Numbered from the stretch's first letter, positions 1 through 11,301 are shown. The stretch: 64,000 nt of DNA from Candidatus Roizmanbacteria bacterium (GCA_037444855.1 JBBILO010000004.1:852-64851); one strand, 5' to 3'. A program made the numbers and translations. The notes: generated by a model not told the origin, from the letters alone.

Positions 1-2
1 TT

Positions 3-539
3 CAGTATCGGTCAAAATTTATTAATATGAATAATTTTAGTTCGTCTGAGGAGTTAATTTTAACTTATGAAATGCCAATGAGTGAGTTGTTTTCAGATTT
101 TTTTGATAATTTAAAATCGGTTTCGTCGGGTTATGCCAGTTTAGATTGGGAATTTTTAAATTATCAAGAAGTAGATGCGGGAAAATTGGAAATTTTGATT
201 AACGGAAATTCAGTGGAAGAGTTTTCGATGATGATTATTAGAGAAAAAGCCTATTTTGAGGCTCAAAAATTATTAGCTAGATTAAGAGAGTTAATCCCCC
301 GTCAGCAATTTGAAGTTCGTCTCCAGGCAAAGTTTATGGGTAAAATCATCGCTTCAGAAAGAATTCCTCCTTTTAGGAAAAATGTTTTAATAAAAAGCGG
401 TAAGGTTTTGGGCACCGGTGATATTGGTAGAAAAAGAAAATTGATTGAGCGGCAAAAAGAAGGTAAAAAAAGATTGAAAATGATTGGTCATGTTGAGGTG
501 CCAAAAGAAGCCTTTATAAAAATTTTTAATAAAAATTAA
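3..539 (+). CDS. lepA: Elongation factor 4 (LepA), C-terminal part; 5' end lies left of the window
   Basis: Frame is open from the window edge. LepA C-terminal signatures LTYEMPMSELFSDFFDNLKSVSSGYASLDWEF, IPRQQFEVRLQA and GDIGRKRKLIERQKEGKKRLK. TAA stop at 537-539. Confidence 0.9.
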   Translation, partial: QYRSKFINMNNFSSSEELILTYEMPMSELFSDFFDNLKSVSSGYASLDWEFLNYQEVDAGKLEILINGNSVEEFSMMIIREKAYFEAQKLLARLRELIPRQQFEVRLQAKFMGKIIASERIPPFRKNVLIKSGKVLGTGDIGRKRKLIERQKEGKKRLKMIGHVEVPKEAFIKIFNKN

Positions 540-724
540 CATAATTTAAGATTAAGACCATCAATTGAAGTTTGCCCCTGAGTTGATGAAGTAATGGACA
601 TTAGTTTTTTATTCAAAGATTCATTGCCTCTAGAAATCAAGAATTTTAAGTTCCACCGTTTTAGTTCTGCCCTCCATACCGATTGATTAACGTTAGGCAT
701 CCCGAAGAGGATCATCATAGTCAA
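536..724 (-). CDS. Orphan 62-aa ORF, doubtful coding
   Basis: ORF only, with a TTG start in the track and internal ATGs at 718 and 715. No recognisable motif, no SD and no -10 box. Confidence 0.15.
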   Translation of the reverse strand: MTMMILFGMPNVNQSVWRAELKRWNLKFLISRGNESLNKKLMSITSSTQGQTSIDGLNLKLC

Positions 725-930
725 AATCCTAAATAGATTTCCTTTAGAATAACTAACAGCAAATAATAAATAGCCTCAAATTTGATGCATTTTAGCAACG
801 GTCGTGATCAAAATGTTTCATGAAAATCTACCCATGAAATGGAGAATTCAGTTAAAATTGAAAATTAAAAATTAGAATCTTCATTATTATAAGTGATTTA
901 AAATTTATTATTGGTTATTAAAAATTATTC

Positions 931-979
931 TACTTTGTAATTTGTTATTTGTTATTTAGACTTTGTAATTTGTGATCTC
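931..979. repeat. Degenerate 7-nt tandem array (about 7 units, consensus TAATTTG) containing a 14-nt direct repeat ACTTTGTAATTTGT (932-945 and 960-973)
   Basis: Read directly: TACTTTG TAATTTG TTATTTG TTATTTA GACTTTG TAATTTG TGATCTC. Lies just 3' of the miaA stop. Confidence 0.6.
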
Positions 980-1003
980 TTTGGGATTAGGCTAATTAGA
1001 AAT

Positions 1004-1903
1004 TTATATTTCTTTCCACTTAATATGCGGATCTTTTTTCATAAAGGTTAACTGTCTTTTAGCATATTGGATTTCTTTTGTTACCCATTGCTCAATCGCT
1101 TCCTCGCGTGATATTTTTCCTTTTAAATAAGCGATAATCTGCTGATAACCAATGGTTTTTAAGCCAAAATTATTTTCATGATAACCGAGCTTTAACAAAT
1201 CTTTCACTTCCTCGATTGCTCCTTGCTCAGTTCTTTTTCTTACTCGATTTTTAATTGTCTTAATTAATTTTTCTTTACTGGAAAATTTTAAACCAATAAA
1301 TTGGTCGATTTCATTTTTTAGATTTCTTGGTGGTGAATTTATTTTACCCCCTTTTTTATTAAAAACTTCAATTTTTCTAATTAACCGTCGTGGATTCTGC
1401 CAATCTGAGGAGTTAATTTCGTTTCTGACATTCGGATTGATTTTTAACAACTCTTTTTGTAATTGACCTAGGGTTAATTTTTCTAATTTTTTTCTTAATG
1501 ACCAATTGGGATTAACTCGGTAGTCGAATCCGCAAAGAAAGTGTTTTAAATAAAAATAAGTACCACCGACGAGAATAGGTGTTTTGTTTTGCTTTTTAAT
1601 CTCATTGACCACCAAATCAGCGAGTTGTGTAAAATAATAAGAAGAAAAATATTGATTAGGTTGGATGACGTCATAAAGCCAGATTTTGATTGAATCAAAA
1701 ATATAGAAACCGATTTGAAAATGATTGATTGTTTTCCATAAAAAAAATTTTTGGTTTTTTTTTAGTTCTTTGCCGGTGATGATATTTAGTTTTTGGTATA
1801 TCTGTCTTGAATCAGCATTAATAATTTCGCCATTGTATTCTTTAGCCAGCTTTAATCCAAGATCAGTTTTTCCTGTAGCTGTTTGACCGGTAATGATGAT
1901 CAT
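1004..1903 (-). CDS. miaA: tRNA dimethylallyltransferase
   Basis: N-terminal P-loop GQTATGKT, INADSRQIYQ motif, 299 aa. 4-nt overlap with upstream folD. Confidence 0.9.
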   Translation of the reverse strand: MIIITGQTATGKTDLGLKLAKEYNGEIINADSRQIYQKLNIITGKELKKNQKFFLWKTINHFQIGFYIFDSIKIWLYDVIQPNQYFSSYYFTQLADLVVNEIKKQNKTPILVGGTYFYLKHFLCGFDYRVNPNWSLRKKLEKLTLGQLQKELLKINPNVRNEINSSDWQNPRRLIRKIEVFNKKGGKINSPPRNLKNEIDQFIGLKFSSKEKLIKTIKNRVRKRTEQGAIEEVKDLLKLGYHENNFGLKTIGYQQIIAYLKGKISREEAIEQWVTKEIQYAKRQLTFMKKDPHIKWKEI

Positions 1904-2778
1904 ATCCTTTGGCTATTATTCTTTTGGATTTTTGGCACTTTAATTAGATTGTAATAAAGATAACCAACATCGATTGGGCCAATGCCGCCAGGAGTTGGTG
2001 TATAAAAAGAGGCAATTTTTTTAATCTCGCTTTCGTCATAATCTCCCTTTAATGATTTTTTTTCTTTTCTTAGGCCTACATTAATCAAAATTACTCCTTT
2101 TTTTAGCATCGATGGGAAAATGACTTTTTTTCCAACAGCACTGATAATAATATCGGCTTCTTTGAGATATTGTTCAGGATTGACGGTTTTTGAATTAATG
2201 GCAATAAAGGAAATTTTAAAATAATTAAAAACTTTTCTGATGGGCCGACCACCTGTTTTTCCTTGACCAACAAGAACAAATTTTTTTTCTTTCAGAAATT
2301 TTTTAAATAATGAATGATCTTTTTTTTCATCAATTAAAATTCTTGTGATATTAGTTGTTTGAAGATAAATACTTTTTAAGATTGTTAGAGCAGCTAAACC
2401 AACTGGGGGTAAAAAAGGACTTTTAGGATGATAACCCTCGATTTCTTTATTTTGAGGGATAAAATCATAAAGAGAAAAGGTATCCAATTTCGGTGGTAGT
2501 GGTTGTTGAATTACTACTCCATGAATTTTTGGATTATGACCAATTTCTTGGATTTTTGTTAAGAACGTTTGAAAGCTAGGCTCAGTTTTAAAATGGTAGA
2601 ATTGAAAATCAATACCAATTTTTCTCGCTACTTGTTGTTTGATTTTAATAAAGGAAAGTTGATCGCTGGCTTGACCAACTAAGATTACTGCCAACGAAAT
2701 TTTTTCTTTTATTTTTTTTCTTTCTTTTTTCAAAAAGGAGTAAAAGGAAGTAGCGATTTTTTTACCATCAATCTTCAT
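1900..2778 (-). CDS. folD: Bifunctional methylenetetrahydrofolate dehydrogenase/cyclohydrolase
   Basis: FolD-like blocks LAVILVG, GVVIQQPLP, LVGQGKTGGRP and PTPGGIGPI; 292 aa. Confidence 0.85.
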   Translation of the reverse strand: MKIDGKKIATSFYSFLKKERKKIKEKISLAVILVGQASDQLSFIKIKQQVARKIGIDFQFYHFKTEPSFQTFLTKIQEIGHNPKIHGVVIQQPLPPKLDTFSLYDFIPQNKEIEGYHPKSPFLPPVGLAALTILKSIYLQTTNITRILIDEKKDHSLFKKFLKEKKFVLVGQGKTGGRPIRKVFNYFKISFIAINSKTVNPEQYLKEADIIISAVGKKVIFPSMLKKGVILINVGLRKEKKSLKGDYDESEIKKIASFYTPTPGGIGPIDVGYLYYNLIKVPKIQKNNSQRI

Positions 2779-2800
2779 TATACTCTAATTATACCATACT

Positions 2801-5269
2801 CTAGACAAAAGTGGCTGAGGCGACCGTGTCGTCTTTTTTTGATAATCTCATAAGAATAACTCCTTTGGCAGTCCTCGAGCGAAGAGGTATTGAACTAACC
2901 GGAATTTTGACCACTTGACCGAGTTTTGAAGTAATAACTAACTCAGTTTTTTCATCTTCAATAATTTCTGCAAAGGCAATTTTTCCAAGTTTTTCATCAA
3001 TTGATGCAATTTTTACCCCTTTGCCGCCTCGATGTTGTCCGCGAAAAAGCGAAAGCGGTGTTTTTTTGCCGATACCATGTTCACCAATAACCAAAATATT
3101 TTTTTCCATTTTTTCCTGCGGAAAACCGTCTGAAGAACAAACACAATCTCCTTCTTCAAGCTCAATTCCCTTGACTCCTATTGAAGACCGACCAGTTGGT
3201 CGAATTTCTTCTTCTTTAAAAATAATCGCTTTCCCATGGGTGCTGACTAAAATGACGTTATTTTTGCCATTGGTGATTAAAGCTTTTATTAATTCATCCC
3301 CTTTTTCTAATTTGATTGCGATAATTCCATTACTTCTGATATTAGCGAACTCTTCAAATAAAGTTTTTTTAACTATTCCTGCCTTGGTTACCATTAAAAT
3401 GAAAAGATTTTTAACCTCTCCAATCTCTTTACCCGAATAACTAAGGAGCGAAGTGATTTTTTCATGCGCCCTAAGATTAAGATAATTAACTAAAGCTTTT
3501 CCTTTTGTTTGCCGTGTTCCTTGAGGTATTTCCCAGACACGGGTTTTAAAAACCCTTCCCTGATTGGTAAAAAATAAAAGATAATCATGACTCATTGCGC
3601 TTAAAATTGTCTGAACATTGTCGCTTTCTTTTCTCTCTAACCCGGTGACTCCTTTTCCACCTCGATTTTGGACCCTAAATGTTCCTTTAGGTATTTGCTT
3701 AATATAGCCTTCCTTGGTTAAGACAACGATTGTCTCTTTATTTTCATAAAGCTGCTCCTCGGTAATCTCGCCGAGTTCTGATTTAATAATCTCAGTCCTT
3801 CTTTCATCGCCATATTTTTCTTTTAAATATAAAAGCTCATCTCTAATAACCTTTAGGATTTTACTAATATTGGCTAATAAAGAATTAAGATGGTTAATTA
3901 ATTCTTCTAACATCTTTAACTCATCTTCAATTTTATTTCGTTCAAGAGCAGTTAGTCTTTTCAAAGGCATATCGAGAATTGCTTGCGCCTGAATCAAAGA
4001 AAGTTCAAAACGTTTCATTAATTTTGTTTTTGCTTCTTCTTCATTAGCTGATTTTTTAATGATTTCAACCACTTCATCGATATGGGAAAGAGCGATAAGA
4101 TAGCCTTCAAGAATATGGGCGCGAGCTTTGGCTTGTTTTAATTCAAATTCTGATCTTTTAGTGATAATATCAACACGGTGATGAAGATAATTTTCTAAAA
4201 TACTTTTTAAAGAAAGTGTCTGAGGAATATTATCAACTAAAGCGACCATATTAACGGGAAAGGAAGTTTGTAGTTCTGTATATTTGAAAAGATTGTTAAG
4301 AATTTTTTTAAAACTAGTGTCTCTTTTTAGCTCAATAACGACACGAATCCCATTGCGATCAGATTCATCTCTCAGATCAGAAATGCCAACAATTTTTTTT
4401 TCTTCTACCAAATAGGCAATTTTTTCTAAGAGTTTAGCTTTATTAACCTGGTAAGGGAGTTCGGTAATCACAATGGCATTTTTGCCTTTACCTAGATCTT
4501 CATAATCGGTTTTCGCTCGAACTAAAATTGATCCCCTACCGGTAGCATAAGAGGTTTTAATATCGGAAAGTCCATAAATAATTCCTCCTGTTGGAAAATC
4601 AGGACCTTTGACAAAATTCATTAGATCATCAAGAACAACGTCAAAATTAATTTTTGGTTTTTGACCATCTTTTTCTATTTGGGCATGATCAATCATGTAG
4701 ACTAGGGCATCCACGATTTCTTTTAAATTATGGGGAGGTATTTTTGTCGCCATCCCAACGGCAATTCCCTCGGCGCCCATTAAAAGAAGATTAGGGAGCT
4801 TGGCAGGTAAAAAAAGTGGTTCTTGAGTTGAGTTGTCAAAATTATTAACAAAAGGAACTGTCTCTTTATCAATATCAACCAATAACTCTTCCGCAATTTT
4901 TGTTAGTTTAACTTCAGTATAACGCATGGCCGCCGGTGGATCGCCATCAACCGAGCCGAAATTTCCTTGCCCATTAATCAAAGGATAACGCATAGAAAAG
5001 GTTTGAGCCATTCTTACCAGCGCTTCATAAACCGGGGCATCACCGTGAGGATGATACTTTCCTAAAACTTCACCGACTACTTTAGCGCTTTTAGCGAATT
5101 TTGCTTGAGAAGTTAACCCCATTTTGTACATGGCGTATAAAATGCGACGATGCACCGGTTTTAGACCATCACGAACATCAGGAAGGGCACGTGAAACAAT
5201 GACACTCATGGCGTAATCAAGATACGCTCGTTTCATTTCATTGGTGATCTCGATTGATTGGGTGGCCAT
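2801..5269 (-). CDS. gyrA: DNA gyrase subunit A
   Basis: [26 protein letters not shown], active-site AAMRYTE, repeated C-terminal beta-pinwheel blades; 822 aa. Confidence 0.97.
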   Translation of the reverse strand: MATQSIEITNEMKRAYLDYAMSVIVSRALPDVRDGLKPVHRRILYAMYKMGLTSQAKFAKSAKVVGEVLGKYHPHGDAPVYEALVRMAQTFSMRYPLINGQGNFGSVDGDPPAAMRYTEVKLTKIAEELLVDIDKETVPFVNNFDNSTQEPLFLPAKLPNLLLMGAEGIAVGMATKIPPHNLKEIVDALVYMIDHAQIEKDGQKPKINFDVVLDDLMNFVKGPDFPTGGIIYGLSDIKTSYATGRGSILVRAKTDYEDLGKGKNAIVITELPYQVNKAKLLEKIAYLVEEKKIVGISDLRDESDRNGIRVVIELKRDTSFKKILNNLFKYTELQTSFPVNMVALVDNIPQTLSLKSILENYLHHRVDIITKRSEFELKQAKARAHILEGYLIALSHIDEVVEIIKKSANEEEAKTKLMKRFELSLIQAQAILDMPLKRLTALERNKIEDELKMLEELINHLNSLLANISKILKVIRDELLYLKEKYGDERRTEIIKSELGEITEEQLYENKETIVVLTKEGYIKQIPKGTFRVQNRGGKGVTGLERKESDNVQTILSAMSHDYLLFFTNQGRVFKTRVWEIPQGTRQTKGKALVNYLNLRAHEKITSLLSYSGKEIGEVKNLFILMVTKAGIVKKTLFEEFANIRSNGIIAIKLEKGDELIKALITNGKNNVILVSTHGKAIIFKEEEIRPTGRSSIGVKGIELEEGDCVCSSDGFPQEKMEKNILVIGEHGIGKKTPLSLFRGQHRGGKGVKIASIDEKLGKIAFAEIIEDEKTELVITSKLGQVVKIPVSSIPLRSRTAKGVILMRLSKKDDTVASATFV

Positions 5270-5304
5270 AGTAAAAATTTGTTAGACTAATAAGTCAAAA
5301 AGAC

Positions 5305-5811
5305 TTATTTCAGGGCTTTTTTGATTGTCTTGTAAGCCTCCTCTTTGCCTAAAAAGTTTCTCGTCTTGACCCATTTATTAGGTTCAAGTTCTTTATAATG
5401 GTCAAAAAAGTGTTTAATTTTTGCTTTAATATTTTCGTCTAAATCATCAATACCTTCAATCTTTGCCATAAAGGGGTCAACTTTTTTTGTTGGGACAGCA
5501 ATAATTTTTGTATCTATCCCTTCTTCATCTTCCATTTCTAACATACCAATCGGCCTTGAGGGCAAAATTATTCCAGGATGAACTGAAAAAGAAGAAATTA
5601 CCAGAACATCAACCGGATCGCCATCTTCCGACTGCGATTGAGGAATGAATCCGTAATTAAATGGATAAAACATCGCTGTATAACTAAAACGATCAACAAT
5701 GATCACACCGCTTTCCTTATCTAATTCATATTTAATCGATGATCCTTGTGGGATCTCGATAAAAACATTAATTTCGTCAGGCGGATTTTTTCCAGGACTG
5801 AGATTTTTCAT
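5305..5811 (-). CDS. ppa: Inorganic pyrophosphatase (family I)
   Basis: [22 protein letters not shown] and typical 168-aa length. Inserted between gyrB and gyrA. Confidence 0.9.
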   Translation of the reverse strand: MKNLSPGKNPPDEINVFIEIPQGSSIKYELDKESGVIIVDRFSYTAMFYPFNYGFIPQSQSEDGDPVDVLVISSFSVHPGIILPSRPIGMLEMEDEEGIDTKIIAVPTKKVDPFMAKIEGIDDLDENIKAKIKHFFDHYKELEPNKWVKTRNFLGKEEAYKTIKKALK

Positions 5812-5844
5812 AAATTTATATAATTTATAACATTGATAACAATT

Positions 5845-7802
<1,958 letters not shown>

Positions 7803-7808
7803 TTAAAT

Positions 7809-8213
7809 TTATTTTAATTCAACTGCTGCTCCTGCATCAGTTAATTTTTTCTTGATCTCCTCTGCTTTCTCTTTGGAAACATTCGTTAAAATTTCCTTAG
7901 GCGCTGACTCGACTAATTTTTTAGCATCCATTAATCCTAAATTCGGTAGAATTTCTCTGACAGCTTTAATTACCGATAATTTATTGGCACCGCTGTTGAT
8001 TAAAACAACAGTAAAAGCGCTTTTTTCTTCCTTTTTTTCTTCTGAAGTATTAGCTTGACTAGCTGCTTGTGGTGCGGCCATAGTCATCGGCACGACTCCA
8101 AATTTGTCTTCTAAATATTTTGCCAAATCAGCCAATTCTAAAATACTTAATTTTTCAATTTCATGAGCAATTTTTTGTAGCTTTTCTGATAATTTATTTT
8201 CTTCAGCCACCAA
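7809..8213 (-). CDS. rplL: 50S ribosomal protein L7/L12
   Basis: C-terminal domain GANKLSVIKAVREI..LGLMDAKKLVESAPKEI..KLTDAGAAVELK. SD AAAGGAGGTG upstream. TTG or GTG start. Confidence 0.9.
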   Translation of the reverse strand: MVAEENKLSEKLQKIAHEIEKLSILELADLAKYLEDKFGVVPMTMAAPQAASQANTSEEKKEEKSAFTVVLINSGANKLSVIKAVREILPNLGLMDAKKLVESAPKEILTNVSKEKAEEIKKKLTDAGAAVELK

Positions 8214-8233
8214 TACCCACCTCCTTTAAATTG

Positions 8234-8773
8234 TTAACTGTTAACTTTATTTGACTGGCCTCTTATAATGGATAGAAATTTCTTATGAGTAAAAGTTAAA
8301 GTATTGATTAACCGAAGCACCGGTGATTTGAATTGAGAAATTAATCGGGCATACAAAACTGTTTTTGACGGTAATTGAGCGATTTTTTGACAGTTTACTT
8401 GATCATAAATTACTTCATCAAAAATTCCAAAAGAAAAGGTTATTGGAGCGCTTTCTTTGATTAATTGATTAATTTTTTGCAATCCTTCAGCCCAATTTTT
8501 TTGGAAGAAAATTACCGCATTTTGATTTTTTATCGGAAAAAATTTTTTTTGTACTTGGTTGACTATTTCTTTCGACGGGTAAAACTTATTGAAAGCTTTT
8601 TCATAAAGGGAATTTTTGATAACGAGGATTTTTGCGAATTCCGATAAGGTTTTTCTGATAGTTTCTAATTGTTGATGAGTCGTTCTTTTTAGGTTAATGA
8701 CTAAAAAATTACGATAAGAGTTTAGATAATTGGCAATTTTTTCTACTTTTTTTTGTTTTTTTATGCTGGTCAT
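8234..8773 (-). CDS. rplJ: 50S ribosomal protein L10
   Basis: Position directly upstream of rplL. L10-like N-terminus with NFLVINLKRTTHQQLETIRKTL..LVIKNSL. Confidence 0.75.
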   Translation of the reverse strand: MTSIKKQKKVEKIANYLNSYRNFLVINLKRTTHQQLETIRKTLSEFAKILVIKNSLYEKAFNKFYPSKEIVNQVQKKFFPIKNQNAVIFFQKNWAEGLQKINQLIKESAPITFSFGIFDEVIYDQVNCQKIAQLPSKTVLYARLISQFKSPVLRLINTLTFTHKKFLSIIRGQSNKVNS

Positions 8774-8884
8774 AAAGTCATCCCCTTTTCTCTTCCATAT
8801 TGGAAAGAGAAATTCCCTTGGGAAATTTAATCCCGATTATTTTGGGAACCCAAGATCTTAGGAAAATTATATTATAACAAATAA
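8774..8884 (-). promoter_or_regulatory. Putative rplJ promoter plus structured 5' leader (L10-leader-like)
   Basis: On the minus strand there are TATAAT boxes (plus 8866-8876), followed by a leader of about 90 nt. It has a CTTGGG..CCCAAG long-range pairing and a bulged hairpin TTCTCTTTCCA-ATA-TGGAAGAGAA before SD AAGGGG. No covariance model was run. Confidence 0.3.
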
Positions 8885-9178
8885 TTAAATTTCTAACAAG
8901 AGTTCTTTTAGTGACTTTGTTTTAAATTCTTTATTTTTTGCTGTTTTTTTTGGTTTCAGATTTTTTTGATATTCTTCAGCTAATTTTCTTTTTTTTTCAA
9001 ATTCGTTGATTTTTCCTTTAGTATCAATAAAATGCTGTTTCCCGGTGTAGTATGGATGGCATTGATGACACACTTCGATCAAAATGTTTTGCTTTGTACT
9101 GCCAACAGTAAATCTATTACCACAAGTGCAACTAACAACAGCCTCATTAAAATATTGGGGATGTATACTCTTTTTCAT
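8885..9178 (-). CDS. rpmE: 50S ribosomal protein L31
   Basis: MKKSIHPQY start, CTCGN..CHQCHPYYTGKQ zinc motif, Lys-rich C-terminal extension. Confidence 0.9.
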   Translation of the reverse strand: MKKSIHPQYFNEAVVSCTCGNRFTVGSTKQNILIEVCHQCHPYYTGKQHFIDTKGKINEFEKKRKLAEEYQKNLKPKKTAKNKEFKTKSLKELLLEI

Positions 9179-9193
9179 AGAAATAGTATTTTA

Positions 9194-9901
9194 TCATAAA
9201 TTTTTATTACTTATCAAGCTAAATATTTTATCCCATTTACCATTATTAATAATTTCTTCGAGATTATAAAAACTTTTGTTAATTCGATGGTCAGTCAAAC
9301 GATTTTGTGGAAAATTGTATGTCCGAATTTTCTCCGCCCGTTCACCGTTACCGACGTTTTTCACTAAAGATTGGAGGACGCCTTTTCTCTTTTCTTCTTC
9401 CAATTGATAAAGTTTTGCCGCTAAAAGGGAAAGGGCGATTTTTCTGTTCGCCTCCTGGTAACGTTCTCTTGAGGAGGAAGCGGTAACCCCGGTTGGCTTA
9501 TGGATTACCCGGACACCGCTTTCTAGTTTATTAACATTTTGACCTCCATGTCCGCCTGAACGGAAAAAATTCCATTCAAGATCTGAAGGATTAATTTTGA
9601 TTTGCGAAGATTCAATTTTTGGTAAAACGACAATAATAGCCGTTGAGGTATGAATTCTTCCTTTTCTTTCAGTTTGAGGAATTCGCTGGACTCGATGAAC
9701 TCCCGATTCGTTTTTAAAGAGGTAATAAGCGTTATCACCACTCATTTTAACAATATTGTCATCGAGATAAACAAATTTGAAGTTTCTTTTTTGAGCGAAA
9801 CGGATATATGATAAAAGTAATTCTTTCATCCAAATTTTTGCTTCATCGCCACCAACTCCAGGAATAGCTTCAATAATGGCTATATGAGGATTAATAGTCA
9901 T
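9194..9901 (-). CDS. prfA: Class I peptide chain release factor, RF1-type, lacking the N-terminal domain 1
   Basis: GGQ motif (SGGHGGQNVNK). RF1-type tripeptide region HRVQRIPQTERKGRIHTSTA (P-x-T). 235 aa against about 360 for canonical RF1. The hisS stop abuts its start, so no upstream exon is possible. Confidence 0.8.
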   Translation of the reverse strand: MTINPHIAIIEAIPGVGGDEAKIWMKELLLSYIRFAQKRNFKFVYLDDNIVKMSGDNAYYLFKNESGVHRVQRIPQTERKGRIHTSTAIIVVLPKIESSQIKINPSDLEWNFFRSGGHGGQNVNKLESGVRVIHKPTGVTASSSRERYQEANRKIALSLLAAKLYQLEEEKRKGVLQSLVKNVGNGERAEKIRTYNFPQNRLTDHRINKSFYNLEEIINNGKWDKIFSLISNKNL

Positions 9902-11120
9902 AAGTGAATAGTAAATTTTTAATTGTTTGAGCGAGATTTGATAAAGGGATAATTGTCTGTTCTTTTTTTTTCATTTTTTTTAGGATCACTGATTGTTTTT
10001 TTAATTCTTCTGGCGTAACAATCACGACCAATTTAATGCCTTTTTTATCAGCATATTTAAGTTGTTTTTCTAATTTTCTTTCTTCGTTGAGATTAATCTC
10101 GGTATTAATTTCTGATTTTCTTAGTTCATCGGCAATTTTTAAGGCATCCTTCATGTTCTCCTTAAAATAGGCAACATAAACTGATGAAAGCGTATTTTCT
10201 TCAGGAAGAAGATGATCATCTTTAATGATATCAATAATTCGGTCAAATCCAAAAGCAAAACCAACTGCTGGAATATTGATACTGGTAAACTGACCAATTA
10301 GATTATCATAACGTCCGCCGCCACCCAGAGATCCTCCTTGATAATTTTCATCAACTAACTCAAAAATAATCCCTGTATAGTAATCTAAACCGCGAGCAAG
10401 GGTTGGCGAAAAGGCAAAATCAACTCCTTCTTTTAGATCAAGATTGGTCAAGAGATTAAATAACTCTTTTATTTTCTTTGTTGGTTTGATTTTTTTTATT
10501 TGAATTAGGATTTTTTTTGCATCTTTTAATCCTTTTTCTTTTAATTCCTCGACTACTTTCTTTTCTCCGATTTTTTCTAATTTATCAATTGAGGTAATGA
10601 CTTTTGGTGAAAAATCTTTAAACACTTCTCGATCATTGATTAACATTCTTGCTTTAGAAAAACCGAGTTTTTTAATTGTTTTTAAAACCAAGTGAATAAT
10701 TTCAACTTCTGCTAAAAGACTATTTTCCCCAACAATATCAATATCGCATTGAACAAACTCTCGATAGCGACCTTTCTGAGTATTCTCAGCTCGCCAAACC
10801 GGCTGAATTTGATATCTTTTGAATGGTTTAATAATATTTCTGTATTGAGCGATAATACGGGCTAAAGGTACGGTTTGATCATATCTTAAACCAATATTTC
10901 TTCCGCCTCGATCCTGAAAAAGATAGATTAACCTATCAACCTCTTCTCCATATTTGTTTAACAAAATATCAGCATACTCTAACGTTGGTGTTTCTAAAGG
11001 ATCAAATCCATAGATCTCAAAACTCTTTTTAAAAGAATTAATCACCTTTTGTCTTAAAATTGCTTCGTTAGGTAAAAAATCACGGAAACCTTTGAGAGTT
11101 CTTGGTTGGATTTTTAACAT
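9891..11120 (-). CDS. hisS: Histidine--tRNA ligase
   Basis: LRYDQTVPLAR, FKRYQIQPVWRAE, GGGGRYDNL. Start moved from the track's 11201 to ATG 11120 (MLKIQPRTLKGFRDFLP). The track's 27-aa extension is translated repeat DNA, and an extended -10 sits 6 nt upstream of 11120. Confidence 0.9.
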   Translation of the reverse strand: MLKIQPRTLKGFRDFLPNEAILRQKVINSFKKSFEIYGFDPLETPTLEYADILLNKYGEEVDRLIYLFQDRGGRNIGLRYDQTVPLARIIAQYRNIIKPFKRYQIQPVWRAENTQKGRYREFVQCDIDIVGENSLLAEVEIIHLVLKTIKKLGFSKARMLINDREVFKDFSPKVITSIDKLEKIGEKKVVEELKEKGLKDAKKILIQIKKIKPTKKIKELFNLLTNLDLKEGVDFAFSPTLARGLDYYTGIIFELVDENYQGGSLGGGGRYDNLIGQFTSINIPAVGFAFGFDRIIDIIKDDHLLPEENTLSSVYVAYFKENMKDALKIADELRKSEINTEINLNEERKLEKQLKYADKKGIKLVVIVTPEELKKQSVILKKMKKKEQTIIPLSNLAQTIKNLLFTYDY

Positions 11121-11135
11121 GAGAAAATTATAGCA
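11121..11135 (-). promoter_or_regulatory. Extended -10 promoter TGCTATAAT placed 6 nt before the hisS ATG (leaderless geometry)
   Basis: Plus strand 11127-11135 attatagca is TGCTATAAT on the minus strand; 6 nt (tttctc) then ATG. Confidence 0.5.
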
Positions 11136-11146
11136 AAAGAGTGGAA

Positions 11147-11190
11147 AGAAATGTGGTAGAAACACGGCAGAAATACAGTAGAAATGTGTC
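11147..11190. repeat. Four tandem 11-nt units AGAAAnnnnnn (helically phased A-tracts) upstream of hisS
   Basis: AGAAATGTGGT AGAAACACGGC AGAAATACAGT AGAAATGTGTC read directly. A weaker fifth unit precedes at 11136-11146. Confidence 0.7.
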
Positions 11191-11196
11191 ATTAAA

Positions 11197-11301
11197 GTCA
11201 AAGTGCAAAAGGTAAAATTAGTATAAAAAGGTGTAAAAGTGTAAAAGTGTAAAGGTTAATTAGTTAACAAGTTGCTGGTTAGCTAGTTTGCTGGTTAATA
11301 A
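11197..11301. repeat. About 100-nt array of GT-initiated octamer words
   Basis: GTGTAAAA GTGTAAAA GTGTAAAG GTTAATTA GTTAACAA GTTGCTG GTTAGCTA GTTTGCTG GTTAATAA read directly. The 3' half is homologous to 45841-45873. Confidence 0.65.

Noticed and set aside
3021-3440. 139-aa plus-strand ORF inside gyrA. Similar antisense or nested ORFs occur at 7852-8058, 8465-8647, 9084-9269, 11427-11639, 13017-13205, 16534-16716, 17947-18135, 18510-18893, 24629-24826, 25463-25696, 33043-33264, 39540-39770, 42559-42744, 42855-43049, 46432-46851, 47093-47299, 48828-49043, 49258-49885, 51665-51874, 55850-56044, 56410-56664, 57016-57219, 57774-57959 and 60735-60956.
   Set aside because: Each lies entirely within a longer ORF carrying unmistakable conserved motifs on the other strand or frame. 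Their products are low-complexity. They are expected by chance in stop-poor antisense frames of AT-rich genes.
9194-9901. prfB-style programmed +1 frameshift, or a split release-factor gene
   Set aside because: The tripeptide region is RF1-type (PQT, not SPF). No upstream ORF fragment exists, because the hisS stop overlaps the start.
11121-11201. 27-aa N-terminal extension of hisS in the ORF track (MTLMTHFYCISAVFLPHFFPLFCYNFL)
   Set aside because: It is the translation of the 11-nt tandem repeat array. Conserved HisRS sequence starts at MLKIQPRTLKGF, and an extended -10 box sits 6 nt before that ATG.
11147-11301. CRISPR array or iteron-type plasmid origin
   Set aside because: Units are only 7-11 nt, contiguous with no spacers, and degenerate. 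There are no cas or rep genes in the window.
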